Positions 26,046 through 37,655 of a stretch of 64,000 nucleotides of DNA are shown piece by piece. The notes under the pieces are model-generated. The model worked only from the letters and a program-made list of their open reading frames with translations. It had not been told where the DNA came from and did no database searches. The DNA is taken from contig CM052817.1 of the NCBI GenBank assembly GCA_028534125.1, forward strand, positions 40,302,001 to 40,366,000, given 5' to 3'. The position numbers and the translations under genes were made by a program. This DNA comes from Lama glama (taxonomy: Eukaryota). Position 1 is the stretch's first letter. Every line of letters begins with the position of its first letter.

Positions 26046-26837
26046 AGTAATGGTAATGGTAATTGTAATAGTAATTGTAATGGTAATAGTAATGGTAGTG
26101 GCAACAGTAATGGTAATGGTAGTAGTAATGGTAATGGTAATAACAATGGTAATGGTAATAGTAAAGGTAATGGTGATAGTAATGGTAATAATAAAGGTAA
26201 TGGTAATGGTAAAGGTAATGGTAATAGTAATAGTAATGGTAATGGTAACAGTAAAAGTAATGGTAATAGTAATGGTAATAATAATGGTAATGGTAACAGT
26301 AAAGGTAATGGTAATGGTAATGTTAATAGTAATGGTAATGGTAATAGTAATGGTAACGGTAATAGTAATGGTAATGGTCATAATAAAGGTAATGGTAATC
26401 GTAATAGTAATTGTAATGGTAATAGTAATGGTAATGTTAATAGTAATGGTAAAGGTAATAGTAATGGTAATGGTAATAACAATGGTAATGGTAATGGTAA
26501 TAATAAAGGTAATGATAAAGGTAATGGTAATCGTAATAGTAATAGTAATGGTAATAGTAAAGGTAATGGTAATAGTAATGGTAATAATAAAGGTAATGGT
26601 AATGGTAAAGGTAATGGTAATAATAAAGGTAATGGTAATGGTAATAGTAATGGTAGTGGCAACAGTAATGGTAATGGTAATGGTAATAACAATGGTAATG
26701 GTAACAGTAAAGGTAATGGTAATAATAAAGGTAATGGTAATGGTAATAATAATGGTAATGGTAAAGGTAATGGTAATGGTAATAGTAATGGTAATGGTAG
26801 TAGTAATGGTAATAGTAATGGTAATGGCAATAGTAAT
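26046..26837 (+). repeat. Imperfect hexanucleotide tandem array (GGTAAT/AGTAAT/GGTAAA variants), 792 bp, ~132 units
   Basis: Directly visible, with triplet register maintained throughout. It produces the low-complexity NG, MV, IT and LP ORFs in the track. Confidence 0.97.
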
Positions 26838-27075
26838 GAAAGCAAACATTTTTTGCTGCTGATTATGTGCCATCTATTGAGCTGTGTACTTTATGCACAA
26901 TTCTTTGTCATCTTCACCATGATTGTATGAGGCAAATATTATTATTATTCCCACGTACAGATGAGGAAACCAAGGCTTTGTGGCGTTAACTTGCCACAGT
27001 TCACCGCTAAAGAGTTAGAGCTGGGATTTGAACCCAGGAAGTCTGATTCTAGCATCCTTACTCCTGGCCATCATA
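26838..27075 (-). mobile_element. MIR SINE whose 3' tail abuts the GGTAAT array
   Basis: 'agcaaacatttt...attatgtgcca', 'acagatgaggaaaccaaggc' and 'ctgggatttgaacccagg' form a reverse-oriented MIR. Confidence 0.8.
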
Positions 27076-27372
27076 CTTATTTTGCCTTCCTAAATTAATA
27101 CAAAGTATGCCTAGGGTGTAAACCCTGAAGTCATTTCAGATGAATAACTCCCAAATCAGCATGAGGCTAAAGCTGACCATTTTAAACAGAACAGAAGGCA
27201 GTTTTTAGTGACTTCTAGGCCAGTGATTCCACATATCTTAATATTGCAACTCTCCTTTAAACGTGAGTCTGTGGCAAAGTTAGATGACATAAAATGAAAC
27301 TAGATTGTGTTGGCACCTGGGACTATTTCTCTGAGTCTAGTATTATGGTGTGGCTTCTGCAAGATGGATGTG

Positions 27373-27564
27373 GGTTTTTAAAAAACTTTTACTGAAGTAT
27401 AGTTGATTTACAATGTTGTATTTAGTTTCAAGTGTACAGCAAAGTGGCTCAGTTATACATATACATACATATTTATTCTTATTCAGATTCTTTTCCATTA
27501 TACGTTATCACGATGCTGAATATAGTTCCCTGTGCTATACAGTAGGTTCTTGTTGTTTATCTAT
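27373..27564 (-). mobile_element. L1 3' end, 5'-truncated
   Basis: L1 3'UTR motifs. The perfect 12-bp TSD aagatggatgtg is at 27361-27372 / 27565-27576. Confidence 0.88.
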
Positions 27565-29014
27565 AAGATGGATGTGCTTTTGCAGTATGAAGACACTCAG
27601 CAGTTTCTAAGAATGAAACATCACCCTTTTGACTCAGTTTGGATCGTTATTTTTTGTTTATGTACATGCTTTGTTTCCTTAAATAAGACTGTAAGCTTCT
27701 TGAGAACAATGTCCTTCAATGACTCACACGTCATAGTGAATAATACTTATTGATGGTGGTAACAGCAGAAGCTACTGCTCTCTCCTCGCTGTGGCCTTTT
27801 CCACTGAAGAGTGTTGTTCTCTGAGTGCATGACCGCTGCCCCCTAACTCAGCCCAATTCTGCAGTGTCTAATGATAAATGTAGCACACTGAATTCCCTTT
27901 GTTTCTTCCCCTTTTGTTGTCTTCTTCCACTAACCTCTGTAAATTCACTTGTACTGTTTCTTGTGTCTCAGAGTTGTTTGGGACCTGCTCTCGGAAGGTC
28001 CATACTCTATACTCTGTCCAATCATCTGCAGACTTCATAACATATTTTAAATTCCATTTTGCTGGAATAATAAAAATGCTTTGCAACTTTTTTGCCCATG
28101 TACCTCAGGGATTACAGATGTGTTAATTCTCAGACAGGCAGGTGTTACCATTATGGTACCATAAATACTATTAATGCCATTGCCCATGGATTATTTAAAC
28201 TTAAATTTAAAATCCTGGCATCTTTGGCCTGGCAGTTGGAAGTACCCACAGCTGAATTTGATGTCTGTATCTAGCTGATCCTCAAAAAAGGGGGTATGTG
28301 TGGAAATAATGGTTCATTTTTGTGTTCTCTCACCCCACTTCTCTCCGCTGTGCCTTATGTTTATTAGCTCTGAGGCCTAAGCCTGGTTGATTCTTCCCTG
28401 GGCAAGTGTCTTCCTTCTGGTTTCTGGACAGTGGATGGGCCCCACTCATCTTTTCCTTTCCCCTAGTTTGACTCTGTCTAAATTCTGGTTCCTATTTAAG
28501 ACCTTGGAAATTAAATTCTTCTCTTTTAGGTTAAAATTAGGCTCAAGAAACTGATTAAATTCTTCCCAACCCTAAATCCTTGGCTCTTTTGTGGGGTTAC
28601 TTCCTCATGCAGCAACATGAGCCAAAGCTCCCACTCAAATCCCCAAGTAATTCATTTTCCTCCCTAGCAGTAATCTTCCTGCCTTCTTCAATTTATTGAA
28701 TTCATCCTTTTTGAGATTGATTCTACCATGATCTCAAACACCAGCTTTTCCTTTCTCTCTTCCCGATTCCACAGGCCTGAGCTCAAACCTTCCAGCTCAA
28801 ACCTTCCTTACTTTACCCTGCTTCTCCACACTTTTGCCCTCAGCAGTGTCTTGTTTTCTCCGTGTACTGGGGGCAAGAATGCATTGCCATGGGAAATGCC
28901 CTTATAGAGAGGGATCCAAAGACAGTTGGCCAAATGACACATTGCTGGCTGGCCTGATCCAGTGATTATCCATCCGTATGTAATGTTTGCCATTGTAGGC
29001 AGTCTTGCAAGGGC

Positions 29015-29490
29015 TGACATAACAACGTCTCTATGGACATTTACTCTGTGCCAATCACGATGTTGGATACTTGGATAAACATCTTATTTAATGGTCACAA
29101 AATCCGGTGAGGAAGCTACTGTTACCACTCCCATTTTACATCCAAGGAAATTACATGAGATTTGGAGAAGTTAAATAGCTTAGAAGTGGAACAGCTGGAA
29201 TTTAGACCCCTTGGGTCTAGTTCTGAAACCCTTGTAGCAGTGTCAAGTGAAAGGCTTGAGCTTGGGAGTCGAGGAGTCTCCGTTTGAATGCTGGCTCGGA
29301 CATTTACTAGCAGTGAGACTCAGGCAGTCTCTTGTCTTCTAAGTGCCGGTTTCCTTACGTGTCATTGCAATTACCATCCTCTGTCTGTCAGAGTCGTTGT
29401 GAAAAGTATGATTAACAGTTGTAAGTGCTTAGCACTAGGCTTGGCGCATAATAAGTACTCAGTTTATGGGAAATGTTAACAGTTATTCTT
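29015..29490. mobile_element. Two MIRs in divergent orientation
   Basis: A minus-strand MIR ('cccattttacatccaaggaaa') is followed by a plus-strand MIR ending 'gcataataagtactcagtttatgg'. Confidence 0.55.
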
Positions 29491-30159
29491 ACTCCTGCTT
29501 GAACACTATTAAATCTCCCTCGTTTACTCTATCATATCTTCTCCAAAGATATGTTTCCATCCTGAAAACATGTTTTAGTCTCTTGCCTCTACCTTATCAA
29601 TCACCCTCTAGTTGTCCAGATTTTCATAGGATATGGAAAAATACATGAAAGAAGGACCTGTGGTATGAGGTGGAATAATCAATTGGTACAGCTGATAGTC
29701 TTAAAAACTGAGATGAGACCCTGACTGATCTGAGGAGAGGAAATTCAAGTTCAAGCTTAAATTTAAGCTTGATGATCCATTCTAGTGCCTCAAAATATGT
29801 CATTATGGTCTCAGATGAAAGCCAAAAGGAAAGAAAAAAGGCAAAGTATACACCAGAGAATGACAGTTCTCTCCAGGGAAGAGATTTATAGCATCTCATC
29901 TCAGCAAAACCACTTTCATCTTGACTCCTCAGGTTACAAGTCTGGTCATCTGGGGTGTCCTTTTGGAAAATTTCCTCTGGTTCTCTTTTTCCTGCAATCT
30001 GGTATTACTTCCATAATTTTCTGATTCAGATACAACGGAAGCCACTCTGTGTCCTGATTTGTCTTACGTACTGCTCAGCACAGCTAACTCTCAAGTGTCA
30101 TAGGAACTCCATTCTGGTATCTCTGGGCTGGGCAATAGTTTCACAAAGCAATTCTTCCT

Positions 30160-30400
30160 AATAATGAAAACTCATACAGTACTTATTGTGAGCCAGGCAC
30201 GGTTCTCTGCCCTTTATAGGTATTAAGTCATTTAATTTTCACAACAACCTTAGGAGGTTGGTGCCGGTATCATTCCCATTTTGAATACAAAGACACGAAA
30301 GCATAGACTCAGTGATTTGCTCAGGGTGGTATACTCGGTGTCTGGCCAAGCCAAGATTGGATCCTACGAAGGCTGCATTTAGTGCCTGTCCTCTTCACCA
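30160..30400 (-). mobile_element. MIR SINE
   Basis: 'gccaggcacggttct...catttaattttcacaacaacct...attcccatttt'. Confidence 0.7.
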
Positions 30401-31774
30401 CCTCTCTTTACTGCCTCTTACCTCCTTCCATCACGTGCAGTACTCTTGATAGCTTCTATTCTACTCTGTATTCTGTTTTTGTTATTTTAAATGTTGTCTG
30501 GATGTGACTTGTGAAGTGATTTCACAGCTCTAATGGGTACTGACACAAAGTTTGAAAACCATTGGCTAGACCTTCTCTAGCCTAAACATTCCATTCATGT
30601 CTTTCCTTGTTCGGATGCCATGTGCACCCAGTAACCCAGTGCTTAGGATTTGGCCTCCGGAGAGGTCTGTCTGCAGGGAAAGAATTCATTGGTTATGTAG
30701 ATGTCGTGTATCCTCTCAAATTCGTAAGCTGTCTGGCTTACGCTGTGAGGCTGGATAATGTGAATCTGCCCCCAAGAAATGGGTTTTGAGACATGGAGTC
30801 ACCGAACCAGACTTCAGTGCCAGGGAGGCTGAGTGCCCAGTGCCAGTGCCCTGGACCTTGACAAAATCTTCAAGGTATGCCCCATGATGTCTTTTGTAGG
30901 ACAGCCTGCAAGATTTCTTCCTGGGGTGGTGATTCCCAGCATCGAGGAGGGCCTGCAGGAGCGTGATTTTAGCTTACGAGGCACTGAGCATCATTCGTTC
31001 CACAGTCAGAAACAGAGCTCTGCGCCCTGGTTCTTCATCTAATATGTGTCCTCATTGACTCACGTATCTTTTCACAGAAAAGAAATTGATGCTTTCCCAC
31101 CTCAGCTTTATTATGCAGCATGAATAAATGCAGCACATAACCTGCAAATAATTGATTGAAACGCGATCCCCCTTCCCTCTCGCTCCAGCCAGTCTCTCTT
31201 GGAAGATGGTATTCAGTGGGGCCAGGTCTGCATGTATTATGCATCTCTGTGATTATGCATTAAATTCTGGAGAACTAGCAAGTGATACCTGCATTCTTCA
31301 AGCATGTTTGGTTATGCTAAATAATTGATTGCATCTTTTATTTATAAAAATTTCCTTGCTGGAAGTTCAGATGTAGGTTCTGCCAACCCATTTTCTCTAT
31401 TAGATTTCAACTTCCCAGCATGAAGTCCAAAAACTCACCTACAGATTTCAGTCGTTGAAAGCTCTTAGGCAGGTAGCCAGGATGAAGTCTTGCATTCTAG
31501 ACAAGTCAGCCTGACCTGAAGCCAAGAGACACCTGTCCTGACCTCTTCCCACGGTCATGGGGATAAAGCCTGCCAAGGCCTTCAGCACCTCCCCAGGAAA
31601 TAGGGGAAACCTATTTCCAAGTTCACAGCCTCAGTAGCTGCCGTGTTGTAAATGATGAAGAGCAGATAGGGACTTTCTGGATCTGGAGAAATGTAATCAT
31701 GCGATGAGATAAGTTATAAGATCACCTAGTTTGTATGAGTGGGAGGATAATGTGAGCAAAGAGAAGCACAGGTA

Positions 31775-31905
31775 GGGGAGTCTGGGCTATAGCTTAGTGG
31801 TAGAGGGCGTGCTCGGTGTGCACAAGGTCCTGGGTTCAATCCCCAGTACTTCCATTAAGTGAGGAGGGAACAAAAAGTAAAAATAAATCATATGTATTTA
31901 AAAAA
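31775..31905 (+). mobile_element. tRNA-Ala-derived SINE (more diverged)
   Basis: 'tatagcttagtggtagag...cacaaggtcctgggttcaatccccagtacttcca' followed by an A-rich tail. Confidence 0.8.
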
Positions 31906-33234
31906 GAGAGAAATATGGGTAACTGTCTGGGGGAAAAGAGAGTTGCACAAAGAGAATTTCTTTTTGTCTTAGAAAGAATATTCTGTAGAAATGGTAAATA
32001 GAATAAGTGTAACTAGCATGTCCAACAAACACAGCAATGCAGTCGAAATAATACTCTTCTTCCCCCTGTTGCCCATTAAGATTTTACTGAATAAGGGACG
32101 ATTGATGTGAAAACTCAGCAGGCCTGTGACTTTTCAACTCGTTCTTAGGAAATAGTCCTTGCATCAGAGTTGCACTCTGTCAATTCAGAAATTAGAATGT
32201 TCAGCCCAAGGTGAGAATTAAACCTTTGAACTTGATTTATTGTCAACCCTCCTTCCCTTCTCAAGTCTCAGGCTGGGGATCTCCTGTGGGAAAGGTTAGT
32301 GGATAAAGGGCAGCTTCTGTGGTCTCCACCTTAGGCTTTTAGGCTTTTTTCCTCCCTGCAATTCTCAGTTTGCTGGCTAGTTTCTGAATCGCCCAGGACT
32401 GGGTGTGCAGGTAGGGAGTTGGGGACAAGGGAATCAGAAAGGTAGGTTCCCACTCTCTGAGCCAGGCCAGTGTTTGACGTGGCCCCTTTCACTTGGGCAT
32501 TGCGGTGGGATTTTCAGAAACCTCCCTGTGTTGCCCATCTCTCTCCCACACTTCTCCAGGCAGAGGATGGTACATCTTTATTCTGGAAGATATCTTGGAA
32601 TTTCTTTCGAAGACTCTACCAATCCAGTGCACACCTCCTGTTTCTTGCTGCTGAATCCTATGAGATTCATGAGACAGGATCCAAGCTGACTCCACCCCAG
32701 CTCTGTCTTCTGAGTGACCACATTTGGTCCACAAGGCATAGTTTACCCAGGAAACCCCACAGGAGCATCCATCCTACTGCCACAGCCCACTCTGGGCACC
32801 GAAGGCGCGAAGCCAGGACCCCTTATGTGTGCTGTTTCCCAGCTATACTTCACAGTTCTCCAGGTGATCCACATAATCCCCCTTCACTGGGCTTGAGATG
32901 AACGGGGTACAGCCTTCTCCCCTCTTTCCTTGAGGGTGTTAGGGAGAACACACAGTGCATTAACAGTTCTTTCCAAAAAAGCTCTTCACCTCTCTCTCCT
33001 CCCTCCCTTTTATATCCTTAATTGGAATGAGGCATCCAAGAATGATGGAGCCATGTCTTGATAATTTCCTGTGTGAATTCTGTGTAAGTGGGTTTCTTTC
33101 GCATTCATGTGGATATCAGGTATCTATCTATGGATATCAGGTATCTATCTTTCGATACCTCTTTCCAAATAGAGACAGAAAGACTCCTATTCTAGTATCT
33201 TATTACATAACAACAGAAAAAAGGGGAGAAGTGT

Positions 33235-33660
33235 ACATTTCAGTTATCTATTACTGCCTAACACCCCGAAACTTAGTGGCTTAAAATAACAGCAATATAT
33301 CCTTTCTCCTCATCCCGGGGGTTGGCTGGGCTGCTTCTCTGCTGGCTTCACCTGGGCTGGCTGCTGCAGCCACGCTCAGCTGCAAGGTCAGCCGTAACTT
33401 ACATGGCTGGCCCTTGGCTCTGACTGTTGGCTGGGCGTCTCAGGTCTCTTTCTCAGGGCTTTTCACTCTCTGGTAGGCTAAACCAGCATCCGTTCATGGT
33501 GATCTGGGCAGCATTTCAAGAGACCTAAGCAGAAATGGTAAGGCCTCTTGAGGCCTGGGCTCTGGAAGTCACACGGTGTCACCATCGTACACATGCCCAA
33601 AGCATAATCACAAGCCCAGCCTAGATTCAAGAGGTGGGGAAAAGACTCTACATTTAGCAT
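33235..33660 (-). mobile_element. Old MaLR LTR (MLT1H/I/J group)
   Basis: 'cagttatctattactg...aaacttagtggcttaaaataacagc' and 'cacaagcccagcctagattcaag'. Confidence 0.65.
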
Positions 33661-36625
33661 GTCCAGATTTCCCCTCTATTCAGTTCACTATGGAGAGTTC
33701 CGCCTCTGCCAGCTTTGGTTCTAGACTTTCTCTGAGCACATTTGGAGTAAAGGATTAGGGGAAGAATTAAAATGAATCTTTATTGGTTTTATTTGGCTTC
33801 CATTTGGAAGAGTAGAAAGGAAGAGAAAAGACTAGGAGAAGGGGAGATAGAGCAGAGCCCACCATGATGGGCTTTCCCCCAGAGGGAAAGGACCACAGGA
33901 TGGGCACTGGGAGCCCTGGGTTTAGAGAACAGGCCAGACTGGTTCTTCAATTCATGAAGGCATGAGCAGGTCAATATCCTTGTGTAAACTGGGGGAGTGA
34001 GACCTTCTGGAGCCTACTGTGAAAATGGACTTCATCACAGATTGGATCCTCTTGGGGCCTGGCTTCAGTGGACACAGTGGGATGTTCTCCCGACGCTGAC
34101 TCCCTAATACCCAAACCCTGCCCTGATGCCCTCTCCTTCTACCTGCCCCTTGGATACGCACCTGCCCTCCCATCCTTTCTCTTCTCTGACCTGGTGCTTG
34201 CAGGGAAGGTGAGCAACACTGAGGAGGGGTGTGGGGTGCTGGCAAAACAGCCCATCATCAGCTGTGGGGTTCGGGGAAGAGGTGAGTGGAAGAAGCAAGG
34301 GGACTGAGGGCTGATCATTCCATTGCTCTGCTCTGCTGTGGGCTGCAGATTCAAGGGTCAGGGTTTGTCATTGTAAGAACTGTTTTTGAAGCTTTTAGAA
34401 ATGGTTTAAAATGGTGTTTTAAAAATATGCAACCGCTTAAGGTGTGTTTATCTAGCATCTAAGTTGAAAACGCCTGTGTTCCCTATCAGATGCCCCCAGG
34501 AACAGGAGGAAGGGAGTGGAAGCTGGAGACCTTGGAGGGGTAAATGAGAAATGAAGTACCCGGGGCTTGTTTTCAGCCTGGCGGGGGCGAGCAGGCTCAG
34601 ATAGCGGAGTACTGAGGCTGATAAGCACCCTCAGGGGGAAGCTCAGAACCTTTACTTGCCTGATATTTTGATCAAACACACAAAATCCATAGAATAATTG
34701 ATTTTTCACTTTCAGAGAATAGATGTATACCTACCTTGAAGAGAATATTTCATGCTTTAAAAAAAAAGAATTTTTAAAAATTATGGCTTTTCATTATCAG
34801 CAAGGCTGAGCACAAGCCTTTCCAGCTGCCCCTGACCTCCACTAAAATTATTCTCTAATCCTGTTGTCCCCTTTAAAACCTTTGCCCATGTGAATGCTAA
34901 GCACATTCCTTTCAGCAAACACACAGCAGTATATACACTTCAGAGCAGGGGCCAGGCTGAATTGAGAGCGAGCCTGAATCACCTTCCCCTTTGCTGTCCT
35001 TTCCCACGGTCCCCACAGCTGGGTCACCTCTGCAGCAGGACCAGCCAGCTGAGCCGGTGACCTCGGCCTCACTGCCCAGAGGCTGCCAGCAGGGGGTGTT
35101 GTGTCTACACCTCCAGGCACCAGTGTGACGACACTACCAGGCTTCATAAATCATTAGACTTTTAAAGCTGGAGGGGATGTTTCCTTTTGCCTATGAGGAA
35201 CCTGTGGTCTAGAGAGGGGAGTTAGTGGTGAAATAGGGCTGAAATGCAGGTCTCTTGAATTCCGGGCTGGGATTCCCACCCTCCCGTCTTGCTCCTTCGC
35301 GCACTCTCTTCCCCAGCCCCTCTTGTGGTGTCAGATACTTGCCTGTTGAGAGGAAGGTGACTTGCTTGTGGAACTCTTAGCGAAGAACAGAAGACGGTCA
35401 GGTGCTTACTGCGATTTGCCTGGGAAGTCACAGTCTGGGGCTTTTTGTATTTTGCCTCTCAGGAACCGTCAATTGGGAACTAGTAGGGGTAAGATTGAAA
35501 TGTATTTTTTTAAGAGTTAAAAATAACACACTTGTGGAAAAAAGCCACAGTTGATTACAAATCATCAATAAGTGGCAATACTATGAGAGGCAATATGTTA
35601 CGTGTCAGTGCCCCGTTCTGTTATTACTAAGCGGGTGATCTTGGCTATGTTTCTAAATTTCACTTCATCTCATCTGTACAATGGGGTAACAGTGTTGGTG
35701 CAGATTCAATGAGTTAGGCATATGCGGGGCTCACCTTAGGTGCTGGCCCCTTCTAAGCGGTCGGTAAGTGCCGACAACGGCAGCTCTTCGGCATCTGTAA
35801 CGTGGAGCTGCAGTGCAGTTGTGTCTAGTCCAGTGGAGAAATGCCCCTTCTCCTCACCAGTTGGATATGTAGCTCTTCAGAGTAGGTTTTTTTTTTTTTT
35901 TAAAACCATCTATTAGGAGCCCTTCCAGAGACCAAAGTTGTGGCTGGGAGTTAGCGAGGGTAAGGGAGTGGGGAGTGGGCGTGGAGAGGTGGGAGGGGTG
36001 ATAGGTGGCTCTAAGTTTAGTCTGAGTTTGTGAGTAAGAAAGAATTGAGCAAGGGGGAAGGCGTGCTGGTGCCTCCTTCTTCAAGGGGGATGCTTCTTAT
36101 AGGCGAGGGGGAAAAAAAAAGGCCAAGAAATGAACACTAGAGACTTTTTTAAAAAAGAGAAGTCTTTTGGTCCTTTTTAATGAGATAATTTGTGTAATGT
36201 TTAGCATTTCTCATACAGTTCTTAGATTTTGTTGTAGTTTTATAATTTTGGGTGATGCCTGCAAAAGGGAGATATATTTCTAGATAGTGGGTATTCTTTG
36301 AGCTAATTAAATTGACCTTGTGTCCATTCTATCACACGTTTCAAACACTTAAGTTAAAAAAAATTTTAAAAAAAAGAAGAGATGAAGGAAGTCGCAAGGA
36401 AACGGTGACCTGAATCAGCACAGATTGAAGGGCTCTGACCTTTCAAGATTTCAAGACCCTGCTGAGACATTGGGATGATATGAGGCCATGAAGGGGAGGG
36501 GCACAGAATTCTCAGCAAAAAACCCCCATGTGATTGCTTAAGAAATGAAATAAGACTCTTGCACTTGGAAAGTTATGGATATGCCCGTGAGTGTGGGCAC
36601 CTGGTGGAGGGTTTGAAATATTGTA

Positions 36626-36719
36626 AGACCCTCCACCAGCAAAAAGATTACAACTCCTGAAGGCTCAGGTGATGGTTGGCATTTTTTAGCAATAAAATAT
36701 TTTTTAATCAAAAAAAAAA
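36626..36719 (+). mobile_element. Tigger1-like fragment ending in AATAAA + poly(A)
   Basis: 'agaccctccaccagcaaaaagattac...gaaggctcag...gcattttttagcaataaa' matches my recollection of the Tigger1 region just downstream of the transposase ORF. A10 lies at 36710-36719. Confidence 0.7.
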
Positions 36720-36949
36720 TTTGGTGCAGGCATTATGGAAAACAGTATGGAGATACCTTAAAAACCTAAAAATAGACTTATCATATGATCCAAGCAGTCC
36801 CATTCCTGGGCATGTATCTGGAGGAAACTCTAATTTGAAAAGATATATGCACCCCAGTTTTCACAGCAGCACTATTTACAATAGCCAAGACATGGAAACA
36901 GCCCAAATGTCCATCCACAGATGACTAGAAAAAGAAGCTGTGGTATATG

Positions 36950-36999
<50 letters not shown>

Positions 37000-37445
37000 G
37001 GGAATGGAATACTACTCAGCCATAAAAAAGAATAAAATAATGCTATTTGCAGCAACATGGATGGACTGGAGATCATCATTCTAAGTGAAGTAAGCCAAAA
37101 AGAGAAAGAACAATACCATATATCACTTACATGTGGAAACTAAAAAAAAAAAAAGATATAATGAACTTATTTATAAAACAAAGAGACTTACAGACATAGA
37201 AAACAAACTTATGCTTACCAGAAGGGAAAGAGGGTGGGAAGGGATAACTGGGAGTTTGAGATTTGCAGATACTAACTATATATATAAAATAGATAAACAA
37301 CAAGTTTCTAGTATATAGCACAGAGAACTATATGCAATATCTTGTAACCTATAATGAAAAGGAATATATATATATATATAACTGAAATGTTATGCTGTAC
37401 ACCAGAAATTATAATACTGTAAACTGACCATATGTCAATAAAAAA
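36720..37445 (+). mobile_element. L1 3' portion with an internal (TA)n(GA)n microsatellite
   Basis: Motifs include 'tatggaaaacagtatggag', 'acaatagccaagacatggaaac', 'ctcagccataaaaaagaat' and 'tgtacaccagaaatt'. The microsatellite is at ~36945-37000. Confidence 0.9.
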
Positions 37446-37655
37446 TTTTAAATTGAGATATAATCAACATATAATATTGTATTAGTTTTAGGTGAACAGC
37501 ATAATGATTTGATTTACATCTGTGCTGCTAATCACCACAGCAAGTCTAGTTAACTTCCATCACCTCCCATAGTTACTTGTGATGAGAACTTCTAAGATCT
37601 ACTCTCTGAGCAACTTCAAATATATGATATAGTGTTATTACCTATAATAACTTTC
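37446..37655 (-). mobile_element. Old L1 3' end, tail-to-tail with the previous L1
   Basis: 'aattgagatataat...tattagttttaggtg...gatgagaacttctaagatctactctc'. Confidence 0.7.

Noticed and set aside
25866..26930. Long ORFs (354 aa Asn/Gly-rich, 309 aa Ile/Thr, 270 aa Met/Val, 155 aa Leu/Pro)
   Set aside because: All are translations of one simple hexamer repeat that lacks stops in those frames. There is no promoter or splice context and no recognisable domain, and the ends run into MIR sequence.
36676..37321. ORFs resembling L1 ORF2 C-terminal peptides (also near 5565-5831 and 48191-48481)
   Set aside because: They are short, frame-disrupted remnants of truncated L1 copies and not functional genes.
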